A stretch of 63,819 nucleotides of DNA, counting the filler, from Hyphochytrium catenoides (Eukaryota; Protista; Hyphochytriomycota): NCBI GenBank assembly GCA_900088475.1. It is 12 parts of 12 records of this genome, joined end to end, with 100 filler letters (N's around TTAATTAATTAA, not from the genome) between each part and the next. Parts side by side here need not be neighbours in the genome. Positions count along the whole stretch, not along the records: positions 46,225 to 48,410 come from FLMG01001839.1; positions 48,511 to 52,167 come from FLMG01002357.1; positions 52,268 to 53,798 come from FLMG01002345.1; positions 53,899 to 56,919 come from FLMG01003814.1; positions 57,020 to 58,315 come from FLMG01002252.1; positions 58,416 to 63,819 come from FLMG01001053.1; 6 more parts are not named here. One strand, 5' to 3'. The notes beneath the pieces are model-generated. The model did not search any database. It worked only from the letters and a program-made list of their open reading frames with translations, and was not told the DNA's origin. The first letter of the stretch is position 1. The number at the start of each line of letters is the position of its first letter. Position numbers and translations under genes: made by a program. Below are positions 46,742 through 59,700 of this stretch, piece by piece.

Positions 46742-48255
46742 GTACCTTTGGAAGTATCCATTGATCGAGCGTACAAGAAAGTGGATCACTCTGAGTCCTA
46801 CGTGGTCTTTGAGATCCTGGTGCGAGCAGGGCATCGGGCTTGGAGGATCCTCAGACGATACAGCCAATTCCTCGCACTGCATCACGTTCTCACCAGGGAG
46901 TTTCCACAGGTAGGGATTTTCAGTGGTGCAGCTGCTCCATTACTTTGCCTTCTCATTTCATACTGTCGAGGTGGACTGGCAACTACTATGCGATGTCTCC
47001 GCAATTTCGCGCTTGCTCACCTTGTCTCCCATTGAGCAGGTCAAACTCCCTAGACTCCCATCAAAGGTTTCCTCAAGCACGCTAAATGATCGCTTGGTAA
47101 GGCTATGGACACACACCGAAGCGACCTCAACACTACTTAGTCTTAGCTTTCGTTGATTCTCTGCTTTTGACACTTCTCCCATCCCTCATTCTATCCGATC
47201 GATGTGTGCTATAGGGTTTGGAGACCAGGCGTCAAGAATTGCAGGCATACTTAAGGGCTTTAGTTCAGATTCGTCCCATTTGGGTCTCCAGTGACTTGGT
47301 CTCATTTCTGGACGATGCTAACGCGTCGCTGGGGATTCACCTTCAATTTGGAAGGGTTGTGGATCATGTGGCAGAGCTAGAGCAGGTAAGTTACGTTCCT
47401 CGCTCTCTCCTGCTGTCCTTTTTGGCATTGCTCCTTCAAGATACTTTAGGGCCTCAAGTTCTTCAATGACGCTTGCGACGTTACCTCCTTCACTTCGTCT
47501 ATCTTATTGTTTTGACGAGATCATTTACCTACTCGTCTGTGCGGCTGGCCATCACGATTCAGGTTTGCAAGGAAACTCAGCAACAGCTAAAACAGAGCCA
47601 GGATCTGGTCCAACGACAGAGCGCAATGCTGAACGCCTTACTAAGCCGCATGGACCCCCAGCAAATAGAGGAATTGTCAAAGTCAATGCAAGGGACCCTC
47701 CTGGGCGACCCAGGGGGAGTTGCGCAATGTAAACTTTCCTACACCCTCCCGTCTAAACTCCTTGCGGTTGGCTATTGGAAATACGCTATTCATAGTCACC
47801 AACTATGGCCCTTAACCATTCTTTCAGGGAGTGTGATGACGCCTTGCATGATGGGCACTCTATCTTGATTGGTCTCTTCTTGTTGTCGTTTTGTCAGTTC
47901 CCTCTATCACCTGGACATCAGGATGGCAAACTGAACGTTTCCCTCTGCTTGGTTGTGCCCACAGCCCTCTCGCAGCCTCCGAACTCCTACCAGGCCAAGC
48001 TCACGGGGCCACTTTCGTCGACGTCCTTCGTGGATCCTCCACCGGGGTTCAATGGAGGTGGTGGTGGAAGAAGGAACTTCTCATCTTCGTCCCCTGGCTA
48101 TTTATGGGAGACCGGGGGCAGTGGCATCCGCAGCGATGATGAGGCTCTTTCGGACTCTAATGACGACAATAAAGATGATGACGTTGGATATCCGCCGTTC
48201 ATCAGCCCAAGTACGGCAACAGATAATCCTTACACGGATGAGAGCCAGCATAAAT
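46742..48255 (+). CDS. PX-domain + coiled-coil protein (partial; start unresolved, 3' part probably lost in gap)
   Basis: Spliced exons YVVFEILV...WRILRRYSQFLALHHVLTREFPQ|VKLPRLPSK...|LETRRQELQAYLRALV...LVSFLD match the PX consensus, followed by a Q-rich helix. Confidence 0.85.
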
Positions 48256-48959
48256 GTAAGTCGTTCCCGCTGCTCCGGTCGGTTGCTCATTTTGTGCCGT
48301 TCGACAAACTTTGAAAGACCACCCTCCCCCCATGGCTTAGCTTCATAATCCCTTATCCTCATCGTGTTACCTTTGACTTTGTGCTACCGCACCGGCAAGC
48401 TTGCTTCCTGNNNNNNNNNNNNNNNNNNNNNNNNNNNNNNNNNNNNNNNNNNNNTTAATTAATTAANNNNNNNNNNNNNNNNNNNNNNNNNNNNNNNNNN
48501 NNNNNNNNNNACGGATCCAGTCAATGTAGGTTGTCAGTATGGCCGAGTGCAACTCCACCTATAGCACGCGAAGTTCCCTTGAATCACTTGCAGAGAACGA
48601 ATATCCCGCCAGGCGTGGAGTGGAGGGAAGTGAGCACGAGTAGCTCCAGATTGCGGAATTAATTAACCAACGCGAGAGTAACGCGCGGCGCCGGCAGAGA
48701 ACTGTCCTGTCTCAATCTTCTAGAGAGATGACTGCTGGTTACGTTTCAGAGGCCCAGAGACTGAGTGCTCTTGGGACCAACCTGTCCGGATCAATGAAGC
48801 TGCAGCTTCAGCCTCCTAGTTCTACATCCGGCGCCGCGGAGGCTCATCTCTAGGAGGCTGAGAACCTGCCGCAGCAACCAAAACGCAAACATTTCGCGCC
48901 AAAGGGAAGGGACGCTAACGGTTAGTGAGGCCAGGGGCAAGTGATGGAGGAGAGTCTCG

Positions 48960-48987
48960 AGCGGAACTGCTGCTTGCTGCTGCCGCC

Positions 48988-49024
<37 letters not shown>

Positions 49025-49090
49025 ATGGTGATGCTGGGGCGGCTGCTGCTGCTGCTGATGCTTGGGCTGCTGCCGATGCTGCTGTTGCTG
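48960..49090. repeat. (CTG)n/(ATG)n trinucleotide tract
   Basis: Imperfect CTG/TTG/ATG run; reads as poly-Q/poly-H on the minus strand. Confidence 0.8.
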
Positions 49091-49475
49091 AAGAAGAGAG
49101 AGGAAGATACCGCGACGGGGGCGCTGTAATGACTCTGAGACTCTGAGGCTGGCATCACAAGCACCTGGCGAGCGGTGCCATCTGTCCGTTGTCCTGCTAC
49201 TCTTTCGTTTCTACCCAGCACGGTGTCGGCCGCCGGTCCATCTTCGGCAGAAGTGCCTGTCTGCGACGTATTATCTGCGCCACCGATCTAGTTGGCGTGC
49301 TCCGGGGAGGAAAGTAGTGCCATAATCAACCACTCTATTGCTTCAGAAGGATCTTCAAGGCAAAAGAAAGCCAAACTGCTTCTCATGCCCCACCAGCCCC
49401 TTTCGTCACGATCAGCTGGTCGCACTCGCTGGAATCGCTTCTTCTAACCCGATACGGGCTTGTCGTGTCTCCACA

Positions 49476-51577
49476 ATGTTCGTGGCGGCTTTGGTCCGCG
49501 ATGCGATCAAGGTGCAGCCTGTGGACTTCGATAAAGATAGAATAGAGGCCCTGACGGATGAAATTGACCGCAAGTACGCTAACAAGGTCTGTGGGACACC
49601 GTGCGTCGAATTCCTGGGACGATAGAGCTCCTAGACGCTCAGCTGTGCCTTTGTCGAGTACCTCGTGTCCCCAGATATCTTCCTGGCTTATTCGTAGCCT
49701 AACTTTCTAAGGCATTTGCTAAGGTTACTCGGCCTTCCTTTGTTTCGCAGGTAATAGACGATGTCGGTCTGTGCCTAGGGACCTACGACATCCAGGACGT
49801 CGGAGACGCTTATCTTTATCCTTCAGAGGGCGCCGCGCATACTGTCGGTGAGTCACCTTATAAGTCTAAGGAGAGCTTGGAGACAGGGTGAAGATGATAA
49901 GTCGGGAACGGAAGACCTGCGAGAAATATAAAAGAAGCGAATCGGAGAAGCTGTGGCAAGAGAGACCCATAGCTTGTTGCCAGCTCTAAACCCTGCAATA
50001 ACCGTCATTTCCGTGGCTGCAGCAACCTTCCGACTAGTCGTCTTCCGGCCGATCGAGGGCGAAGTCCTCGTAGGCAGGCTCCACAGCTGCAATGAAGAGG
50101 GCATCAGAGGTGAGGTGCCAAGTAGAGGTGATACCTGATTAGGGACCTTGAGTCAGTGGCTTCGAGCTCCATCATTGCGGTGCGGCTATCAGAAGGAAAC
50201 CACCAAGGGCAATCGACGGCTAGACCGGAGTTACTCTTTGACTTCTGCTTGCTTTCCCTTCTCTATCTCCTGCACTGCTTTCGTCGTCACTTATAATCTT
50301 GCACTTCCCTTCCGTAGTGTCCATGGAGTTCTTTCAGGACGTCTTCATCCCTTCATACTCTCTACAAGTCCCTTCGCAATTGTAAGTGTTGGGCCTCGTT
50401 GTGCTTGTCCGGAGACAGCAGGAAGCGACCAGGAACTGTCAGTTTAGGAGGATCGCCTGCCGTCACGTTGTACCTTATAACTATCCTGTGGTGCTGTTGT
50501 CTGCAATTCTTAGTCCACTCCCTGTCTACTGCCGTCTGGACTCCATGTCTATCATCTAGATCTGAGCTTGGCACGGTTCTGATCTCGTTAATTGCCTCTC
50601 CCACTGTTTGTTGTCATGCTTAGTGATAAAAAAGAGCGGCTGTGGGTCTGGAAGTATGCCCAGGAAGATGGCGCAGGTAGGAAGTTCTCCAAAACATGAT
50701 AAGGTTGTCTCCAAGTTCTCTCTCTGGAGGTGCTGCCGAGGTCTTCACTGGCTCTCTGTTGTTCCGCTTGTAGAACCTCGCCTTCTCTCCTGGTGCCACG
50801 CAGTGTGATGGCTGAGCTCTTCCTCTTCTTCATGGCTTCAGCCTCGCAGAGCAATCTTTAGTCCCTCCATGCAGTTATTCACGCTCTCTCACTGTCGATA
50901 CAGAACCAGAGGAGTTCACCATGGACATTGGTGAGGAGATCCGCTTCAGGGTGACTCAGGTTATCTACACGCGAGTCAAGACCACAGCCAAAGGCAAGAA
51001 TGATTGAGAAGGAGTCAATTCTGCCCTGGGCCAAAATGTGCCACCCTTCTCCAGACTGACATCGCATCGTCCGCACATAAAAACCAACAGAGGGCCTTCT
51101 CGATCTCTCCATCCACTTTTCGGCTTCCTAACTGCGTTTCGTCCCGATAGGCGCTCAGGCGACCTCCGTTTCTGGCACTATCCAACACAACGGCGGGGAG
51201 ACTCCAGACCTACCTCGGCCTCTGGCTCGCCGTTCTTCATCCTTTGACCTAACCGAGAATGATCCTACTCCCTCAGCTTTCCAAGTACTGGTGAGAAGCA
51301 ACTATTCGGGGCAAGGCCTGAATTGTTTCTCTGTCTATTGCGCTGGTCAAGATAGGAGGCTGGTAGCCTTTGCATCCCTACCATGTTCTAGTGCTCTACT
51401 CTATCATCATCTCTCCTGCCCCGTGCTATCGCTGACTGTTCCAGTGACAATGTGTACTGTCCCTTTGCTCCATCTTTGTCTCTTATCGGCGCTTATTTGG
51501 ACTCTTCCGCCTTTGAATGACCGCAGGGCTCCATAGACGGAGAGGGCTTGGGGCTAGTTCCCTGGTGGAGATCGTGA
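49476..51577 (+). CDS. RPC25: RNA polymerase III subunit RPC25/RPC8 (8 exons)
   Basis: Spliced protein MFVAALVRDAIKVQP...KYANK|VIDDVGLC...FRLVVFRPIEGEVLVG...EFFQDVFIP...LWVWKY...GEEIRFRV...GSIDGEGLGLVPWW, ending in TGA at 51575-51577. Confidence 0.95.
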
Positions 51578-52289
51578 AGCTGGAAAGGCGCCTATAGACA
51601 GTCTCTCCCAAGGCTCTACTCTACCTTCTGCTTACGTCTATCTGAGCAGTAGCTACAGCATACTAAGTGAAGACTTTGAAGGAAGACTGACTCTCACAGC
51701 GCATACATCATAACCTTCATTATCTAAGTGTTGACAACGTTTTTAAGTTCTGTTGCTTAGCTTTGTCTTCTTTTTTGCAGATATCACATACTTCCTCTTC
51801 GTCTCTCTCTAGCTCTCTTCTTCTTTCTGTCAATAATCAAATCCCTCGTGAACTATGTAGCTGCCTGACTGGCGGCTGCAATGGCGGACGCCATCATCAT
51901 GAAGGAGTTTTGATAGTGGTTCCTGTGACGAAGAGGGATGGCGGAGGTATAGGAACAGCGGCGAGCAGGGGTCAATCTTCAATAGACAGCGAAGGAAGGA
52001 GAAGCGGTGAGATGCAAGGCTCTCATGGAGCTGACACAGCATTCGCAGAGGATAGGGACAGAAGCGAAAAAATACAAGGAACATACCATTTTTCTCTCAC
52101 GTGTTCCGCTACGTCGGCCTCTGCGCACGCTGCTCCTCCCTTTTGAAGCAGTACCTGCAACACTGTTNNNNNNNNNNNNNNNNNNNNNNNNNNNNNNNNN
52201 NNNNNNNNNNNTTAATTAATTAANNNNNNNNNNNNNNNNNNNNNNNNNNNNNNNNNNNNNNNNNNNNTCTTGGCTTCCCCTTTGAACGC

Positions 52290-53202
52290 TCGCCTTAGCA
52301 GCTTCCGAACCTTCGCAGCAGTAGAGAGAGAGAGAGTGAGTGAGAGAGAGAGAGAGTGAGTGAGAGAGAGAGAGAGAGAGAGAGAGTTGTTTCACGTCAG
52401 TCCAAGAGACAGTGCTGTGTACTGAGGTCCTGGGCAGGTGGGCAGAGGAGGGTTGGTGCAGCAGCCAGAGAGAAAGGAAGCAGAGGAGGAGAGAAAGAGA
52501 GAGACAGACGACTGAGAGAGAGAGACGAAAAGAGAGAGAGAGAGAATAGGTGAGATAAGACAAATGAAGGAGGAGCAGGCATACCTCTCGTCGTGAGTGC
52601 TCTGCGGCATCGCCGTCTATTTCTTCCTCTTGCAGCGCAGCTTCAGCCTCATCATCCCACACATCCACATCCTGAGGGATAGAAGAGAGAGAAGTGCCTG
52701 TGCTCTCTAACTCTCTCTTCTCATGGCTTTCCTGCCCCTTGTCTTTCTCTGCTACTTTCTCCTCCTCTGCTCCTGCCGTCTTATGAAGAACCTTAGGGCG
52801 TGTCTTTCTCCGAACGAACGGGTTCGCGTCCTCTGCAAGTTCGGGCTTCTCACTAGGGCGGCTGGAGATAAGAGAGAGAGAGGGGTCAGAGGGCAGTCGA
52901 TGTCGTAGGAGAGAGCTTGACGATGAAGAGGAGGAAGGCAAGAAAAAAATAAGCGGACAAGGAGAGAGGTGTCCACCGAAAAGAGGTGCGCGAAAGAAGC
53001 CAGCCACCGGGAGATAGCAAGCTGGGAAGAGTCTGAGGGGAGTCCCCTTTATGTCTCTCTCTCTCTCTCTCTCTCTTTTCTCTCTCTCTCTCTCTTTTCT
53101 CTCTCTCTCCCTCTATCTCTTCTTTCTTTCCTTTCTCTCTCTCCCCCTCTCTCCCCCTCCCCCTCTCTCTTTCATTTCTCTCCCTCCCTCTTTCTCTTCT
53201 TT

Positions 53203-53237
<35 letters not shown>

Positions 53238-53520
53238 CTCATAATTTCTTTCTCTTTCCCTATCTCTCTGCTCGCTTCAGTTCGTCATTAACCACCAGAC
53301 TTCTCCTCTGACCTCGCGGCAGAAGCTGATCCTGACGATGCCACTGGCCGCGACTTAGGAATCGGCTTTTTTAAGGTGGAAAGAGAGGAAGTGGCCGCTC
53401 CTAAGTTGAGCAAGGCGAGCGGATCCGACTCGGCCAGTGTCCTCTCGTGAGCCTTGGAAGCCTCCAAGAGCTCCTTCAGCTCAGTTACGGCCTCTTCCTG
53501 AAGCTGAGGGATAAGCGACA
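52290..53520 (-). CDS. Exon fragments of a charged protein, possibly the RTF1 (Paf1 complex) C-terminal region
   Basis: Exon-like segments lie between GA microsatellites. ANPFVRRKTRPKVL resembles the (D/N)PFxRR motif of RTF1. No Plus3 domain is visible and both sides are bounded by gaps. Confidence 0.35.
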
Positions 53521-53989
53521 TGAGTACAAGAGAACAAAGAGAGAGAGAGGCAGAGAGAGAGAGAGAAGAAGAGAGCGAAAGGGAGAGAGAGCAACAGAAA
53601 GGGAGAGAAAGAGAGGGAGAGAAAGAAAGGGAGAGAGAGAGGGAGAGAAAGAAAGGGAGAGAGAGAGGGAGAGAAAGAAAGGGAGAGAGAGCAACAGAAA
53701 GGGAGAGAGAGAGGGAGAGAAAGAAAGGGAGAGAGAGAGGGAGAGAAACAAAGGGAGAGAGAGAGAGAGAGAAAGAGAAAAGAGAGAAAAAAAAGAAANN
53801 NNNNNNNNNNNNNNNNNNNNNNNNNNNNNNNNNNNNNNNNNNTTAATTAATTAANNNNNNNNNNNNNNNNNNNNNNNNNNNNNNNNNNNNNNNNNNNNGA
53901 GAGAGAGAAAGAAAGAAAGAAAGAAAAGAGAGACAAGTAAGCAAGAGAAAAGCGCCGAGATAGAGAGGAGAGGAAATCGCGTGTAAGGT

Positions 53990-54521
53990 CAACGAAGAGA
54001 AGTGTCACAAGAGAGAGGCCCACTTGACGTCATAGCTCGAGAAAGGAAAGAGAGAAAGAGAAGCGCCCCGCGGGAGAGAGAAGGGAGAGCGACGAAAAAC
54101 AGGAGACAGAAAGAGAGAGAGAGTGAAAGAGAGAGAGAGAGAGAAGAGTGATAATGGGGGCACCTCGTCTCGCTTATGACTTTCTCCTGCAACTGTTCCA
54201 ACGCCTTCAGATCGCTCCTTCTCGCGTGGCAGCGGGCGAGAAGAGAGAGAAAGGCGGGAGAAGGATGAAATGATTTGAACTGAAGAGAGAAACAGGTTAG
54301 AAAGAGGGAAAGAGAAAGAAACAAGGAATATAGAGAGAAAAGAGCACAAAGGAAGAGAGAAAGGTCAGCGCGGGAGAGGAAAAGGAGAGACGGGGAGAGT
54401 GAACGAAGGAAAGCGAGTCACTACGTGTAAGTATGCTAAGAAATACCAGGAACCAAGACAGAGGGAAGAGAGAGAGAAAGACAGAATATGAGAAGAGAGG
54501 ACAGAAGGGACAAGAGAGAGA

Positions 54522-54574
<53 letters not shown>

Positions 54575-55233
54575 AGAGAGAGAGAGAGAGGAGAACAAGA
54601 AGCGGGTAGTCAAACAGACTAGACCTAAAGAGAGAGAAGAGAAAATACTACCAGAGCCACAAACCGTGGGGAGACGTGCGGAGAGAGAGGAGCGGTGAGA
54701 ACGAATAGTAACGCCGCAGAGAAAGGGACTTATTCTTCTCCCCCCCCTTTCTCTCTCTCTCTCTTTCCATCTTTCTCTGTTTCTCACCTGGGATGCGAGA
54801 GAGAAGAGCTCAATGACAGCTTCAGGGCTGACAGCAGGGCTCTCCACTCCCAGTTCCATCACTTCCAACAGCGTCTCCTCCCTCACGGGAAGATCTTCGT
54901 CTTCTCTTTCCTGCCTCTCTTTTTCTCTCTCTGTTCTCTTTCCTTCTCTCTTTCCTTCTCTCTCGGTTTCCTTATCTGTCTCTCTGGCANNNNNNNNNNN
55001 NNNNNNNNNNNNNNNNNNNNNNNNNNNNNNNNNNNNNNNNNNNNNNNNNNNNNNNNNGAGAAAGAGAGAGAGAGAGAGAGAGAGAGAACGAGAGAGACTA
55101 TAAAGGTACAGGATCCTTGCCCTTTCATAGATAACTAATGCACAGGACGGACATCCGTGAAGGAAGAGAACAAAGAAGGGCGTCTCCTACGGAGCAAAAG
55201 AGCGAACAAGGGAACCAAAGAAGAGGAGAGAGG

Positions 55234-55271
<38 letters not shown>

Positions 55272-55665
55272 AGTTCACCGATGTTCTCTCTTGAGCATCT
55301 GCAGAACTTGCTCCAGTCCGTCCGCGTTGAGCCTGGCACCTGAGGGAAGATCGAGCACAAGAGCGAGGAGCTGATGGAGGAGAAGCTGATCTCCTTTCTC
55401 TCTCCCCGCCCGCAGCATCAGAGAGAGAAGAGTGCCCTCGTGATGCTGCACTGTCAATGATAACAGAGGGTCCGCCCTGAAGAGAGAAAAGAGAGAGAGA
55501 AAGAGAAGGAGAGAGAGAGGCGAGACAGAGGAGCGAGAGATGGTCAGAGAGGGAGAGAATGAAAAGAAAGGGAACAGAGGGAGAAGTTGACGAGAGAGAG
55601 AGGAAGGAGAGGAGAAGAGAGCGAGCAGAAGAGAAGAGAGCGAGGAGAAGAAAGAAAGAAAAAGA

Positions 55666-55700
<35 letters not shown>

Positions 55701-56501
55701 TGAATTAGCTCATGTGAAGGCAGGTAAATGAAAGGAAGGAAGGGAAAGCGAAGGGGCAAGGGAGACCACGAACTGGAAGAGATACAACGAGAGACAGGAC
55801 AAATCTGAGAGAAAAGAAAGAGAAAGAGAGAGAGAGAGAAGGGCAACTGAGGGAGAAAGAAAATCTAGGCACGAAAGCTAAAAGGACCAGAAACGAAAGG
55901 CCGCACTTTTCCATTACCTGCGCGTCTCTCTCTCTCTCTTTCCTTTCTCTTCTCTCTTCTTCCGTGAAGAGCGAGACTGGCCCGTCGTCTCTCTCTGAAG
56001 GAAGGGGAGAAGCGCCTTTGTCAGCCTCTCTCCCTCTCTCACAGCTCCGGCCCCCAGGCACTCCTCCAGCAGCCTTTCACACCGAGAGAGGAAGAAGACT
56101 GGCGGTGTAGGGAGAGAAGAAGAGGGAGAGAGAGCAGAAGAAGAAGAGAGAGAAGAAGAGAAAGAGAGAGGAGAGGAATATCCCTGAAGCTGCTGGAGAA
56201 GGACGTCCACTTCTTTTCTAAGGTGCGAGTGATCGACGTCATCCTGAAGAAAGAAAGGCTCTTCGGTGGCCAGCTCCTTTCTCTCTCTCTCTTCTTCTCT
56301 CTCTCTCTTGCCAGGGGCTTCAGAGAAAGAGGGAGAGGAGGAGAAGAGAACAGGAGAGAAAGAAGAAAAGGAAGAGAACTGCTCCCATCGTCCTCTAGGA
56401 GGGGAGGGAGAGGAGAGGCGAGAGAGGGAGAAAGGAAGAGAAGTCCGCCGGCCAACGGCGAGTCTGGGCCGAGTGAGAATTGTTCTGCTTAACCGCCTCA
56501 T
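53990..56501 (-). CDS. Multi-exon helical-repeat protein with a mitochondrial-presequence-like N-terminus (PPR-like?)
   Basis: MRRLSRTILTRPRLAVGRRTSL... is R/S/L-rich with no acidic residues. Downstream helical exons near 55280-55480, 54790-54885 and 54180-54280 are bounded by GT-AG. Confidence 0.45.
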
Positions 56502-58500
56502 CCTTTGCTCTTTGCTCTATGACAGAGAGAAAGGAAGAGAGAGAGAGAGAGAGCGAGAGAGAGAGGGGAAGAGAGAGAGAAGTGAGAGAGAGACGGCAGG
56601 ATAGTGGGAGGAGAGGAGATGGTGGAGAGTGTGGGCCTGTTGTGCTAGACTTCAGCAGGTTAATCAAATATCCGCCGGCGGCGAGCGAGAGAAAGAGACG
56701 AGGGGTAGAGAGAGAGAGAGAGAGAGAGAGAGGATGAGCAAGAGAGAGAGGCTGCGAAGATGCCTATTGTGAGGCCATTTCCTAGACAAAGGGGCAGCTC
56801 CAGCTCGTCAGACGATGCTTTGTCTCTCTCCCTCTCTCTCACCTTCTCCCCTCCGCTGTTTTACTCTTCTCTCTCTCTCTTTCTCTCTCCTTTTCTCTCT
56901 CTCTCTCTCTCCCTCCCTCNNNNNNNNNNNNNNNNNNNNNNNNNNNNNNNNNNNNNNNNNNNNTTAATTAATTAANNNNNNNNNNNNNNNNNNNNNNNNN
57001 NNNNNNNNNNNNNNNNNNNAGATCCGCTTAGTCTCAGGAGAGGGAGATGGACGGAAAGAGGGGAGTTAGAGGGAGAAAGAGTGCAGGCGAAGAAGAGAAA
57101 GAGGGAGAATAAAGTGAAAGAGAGAAAGAGAGGTTGTAACTTGAAGAGAGGTTGAGACAAAAGAAGAGAGAGTGAAGCCTGGGATAGCAGCCGAAGGCGA
57201 GAACAGGAGGATCGCCTTATAGACCTAAGTAGAAGTCAGAGGAAAGGGTGAGGCAACAGCCGTCCGGGAAGAGAGAAGAGAATGCGGAGAGAGAGGTAAA
57301 GAGGTAAGAGGGAGAGAGAGATAAAGAGGAGAGAGAGGGGAGCGAGAGAGAGAGAAAAGAGAGAGAGGCAACGAAGGGGCAATGAAGAAGGAGGTGAGAC
57401 ATAGGGAGAGAGAATAGGGAGAGATAAGAGAAAGAGAAAGACCAAAGTATGACGATGTTCGCAAGCAGCATCTTTGTCCCTCGCCTGTCTCTTACCCGGT
57501 CTCCGTGTGCCGTAGAGACGAGCTGTCCACGTGATCGGGCAGGAGGTTCGCCAGATCTCTGGCGGAGAACATCGACATGACGCCTGTTCTTCCCTCAACG
57601 GTCCTCTGTGGGCCTCTCTCTCTCGCTCCCGCTCTCTCTCTCTCTTAAGACTGGGGTACTTCTACACTTTCGCTCTCCGTTTCCCCGTCCTCCTCAAAAG
57701 ACTGTCTCTGGTCTGTCTGGAGCTAGTAGTTTGCCTTGATCCTCTGCGTCTCTGACCGTCAGAGCTGATACTGAACGTAAGCCAGCTGTGAGAGTCACTG
57801 ATGAGTGTCTTGAATGGGAGAAGAAGGTCTTGAGGCTGTCGGGTAGTTAGCCGCTGGGCCCTGGCATTGCAAGGAGTCCTATGTCCTATGGCTGCTGTCC
57901 TTCTCTCTCTCTCTCTCTCTCTTTGACCCGCTGCTCTCTCTCTTACGCGCTGCTCTCCTCTCTCGTGCGCGTTCTCTCTCTCTCACTCGCTCGCTCTCGC
58001 TCTCGCTCTCTCTCGCACTCTCTCGCGCTCTCTCGCTCTCTCTCGCTCTCTCCCCAATCCATCCCCTCTCTTGACCTTTCTTTTTCATAGTTCTTTCCTA
58101 TCTCTTCCCTTGCCAGAGATAGATCGCTGATCTCTCTTCTCCACTCTGTCTCACCGGTCAGTAGCAATATCACCTGCTTTGACAGTGAACTTCTTTACCC
58201 TTGGGCCCCAATCTAAAACCACTCTGTCTAGTGTCTGGAAGGAAGAAAGGAGGGGCTAACGGTCATATTGTCCGCATTCCACTTCCTCTTCGTTCATCTC
58301 TTTTCTCTCTCTCTCNNNNNNNNNNNNNNNNNNNNNNNNNNNNNNNNNNNNNNNNNNNNTTAATTAATTAANNNNNNNNNNNNNNNNNNNNNNNNNNNNN
58401 NNNNNNNNNNNNNNNATCCTATTTCTCGTACTCAGGAAGAACCTACTAGGAGAGGAAATTAAGAGGCTTATAGTTGACTGAACTGTGCACCAAAGTCCTG

Positions 58501-58532
58501 CTAGCCCTAACCCCCTGCTAACCCTAACCTAG
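58501..58532 (-). repeat. Short interstitial telomere-like tract
   Basis: CTAGCCCTAACCCCCTGCTAACCCTAACCTAG resembles the variant repeats near 665-710. Confidence 0.5.
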
Positions 58533-58567
58533 AAGGAAGAATTAGCTAACCAATATGACCTTCTTCT

Positions 58568-58611
<44 letters not shown>

Positions 58612-58837
58612 CTCCCTTCTCTCTCCGTCGCTCTTTCCACCTCTCATTTTTGCTCTTTCGGTCTCTGTCTCTCGCTTTCCTTCTGTCTCTTCTTCTTTCC
58701 CATTTCTCCTCTCTCTCCTATTTCTCTTCCGGAGGATTTGCTTGAGGATGGAGTTCGAGGATATGTATCTTCCCTTCACTGTCTCACAATCATGATCAGA
58801 ATCATTGTGAGAAGACGGCATTGTAATGGGAGGACGT

Positions 58838-59700
58838 CCATACCCGGCTACCCGCGTCGGCCCCCTCCTTGAGCGAGCCGGGCACGTGGCTTGCCGTACA
58901 TTAAACGCCATGGGTAATCTCGAGAAATGAAAGCAGACGAAGAATGACTTGGGCAGATGGGTTGTGGGATGCGCGACGCCGGTTCCACGCAATTGCCTAC
59001 ACTTTGTCGATAAAGAAGCGCAGGTGTAGGTACCGCTCACCTGGCAACTGGTGCCAGGAAGGTCCCCATGCCAGAAGGGCACAAGCCGCGCAAGAGAGCT
59101 CCCGAATGTTGATCCCAAAGTCCGAGCTACCCGCCGCAATATAATACCAGAGCGCTCCTCCGAGAGGTGAACCGAATCTGCAAGAACTCCTTGCGGTGAG
59201 GATTGAGCGCGGCCAGTCCTTCATTGCTGGCATCCATGAACTTTACCACGTCTGGGCCTGGGCCGGGTGAATGTGGCGAAGCTCACTGTATCCAGGTACC
59301 ACGGGAAAGGATTTGCTCGAACCATTCCGGATCGCGCACGGCCTCCAGAGGAAGAAGGGCTCCGGACCTGTAAAAGAGGCCATTGTGCTAGAAAGACCCT
59401 GCACAAACGCTCGACCCGCCGGGGAGCACGTCATCACACGGTGAAGGCTACTCAGCAACTGCTGTATATCGCGCTGGCGTACTCGATGGGGAGGCTTGGC
59501 GAGAAGCAGACGGTTCAACCCTTTAGTTCAAACTCTATGACTTTATCTCTTGACTCCTACCCCTTTAGCGCCAAAAGGGCAGCCATCAAAGGTAAGTTTA
59601 GGGTTGCCTCTTGCAGCTCCTCACATAGCATTAGGAAGAAGGCTAATTAGCTCTAGCAAGGTAGCATCCTTAGGAGGCTTTAGCTATAATCCATGAGCTC
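58838..59700 (-). mobile_element. Degenerate DIRS/Ngaro (tyrosine-recombinase retrotransposon) RT-RNase H fragment
   Basis: Across frameshifts: QQLLSSLHRVMTC...RAFVQ, FMDASNEGL, INIRELSCAACALLAWGPSW, LRFFID..AIAW, NPSAQVILRLL and HVPG...ADAGSRVW. These are the DAS / INxxE / IDN / HxPG-ADxxSR motifs of DIRS-type RNase H. Confidence 0.8.
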
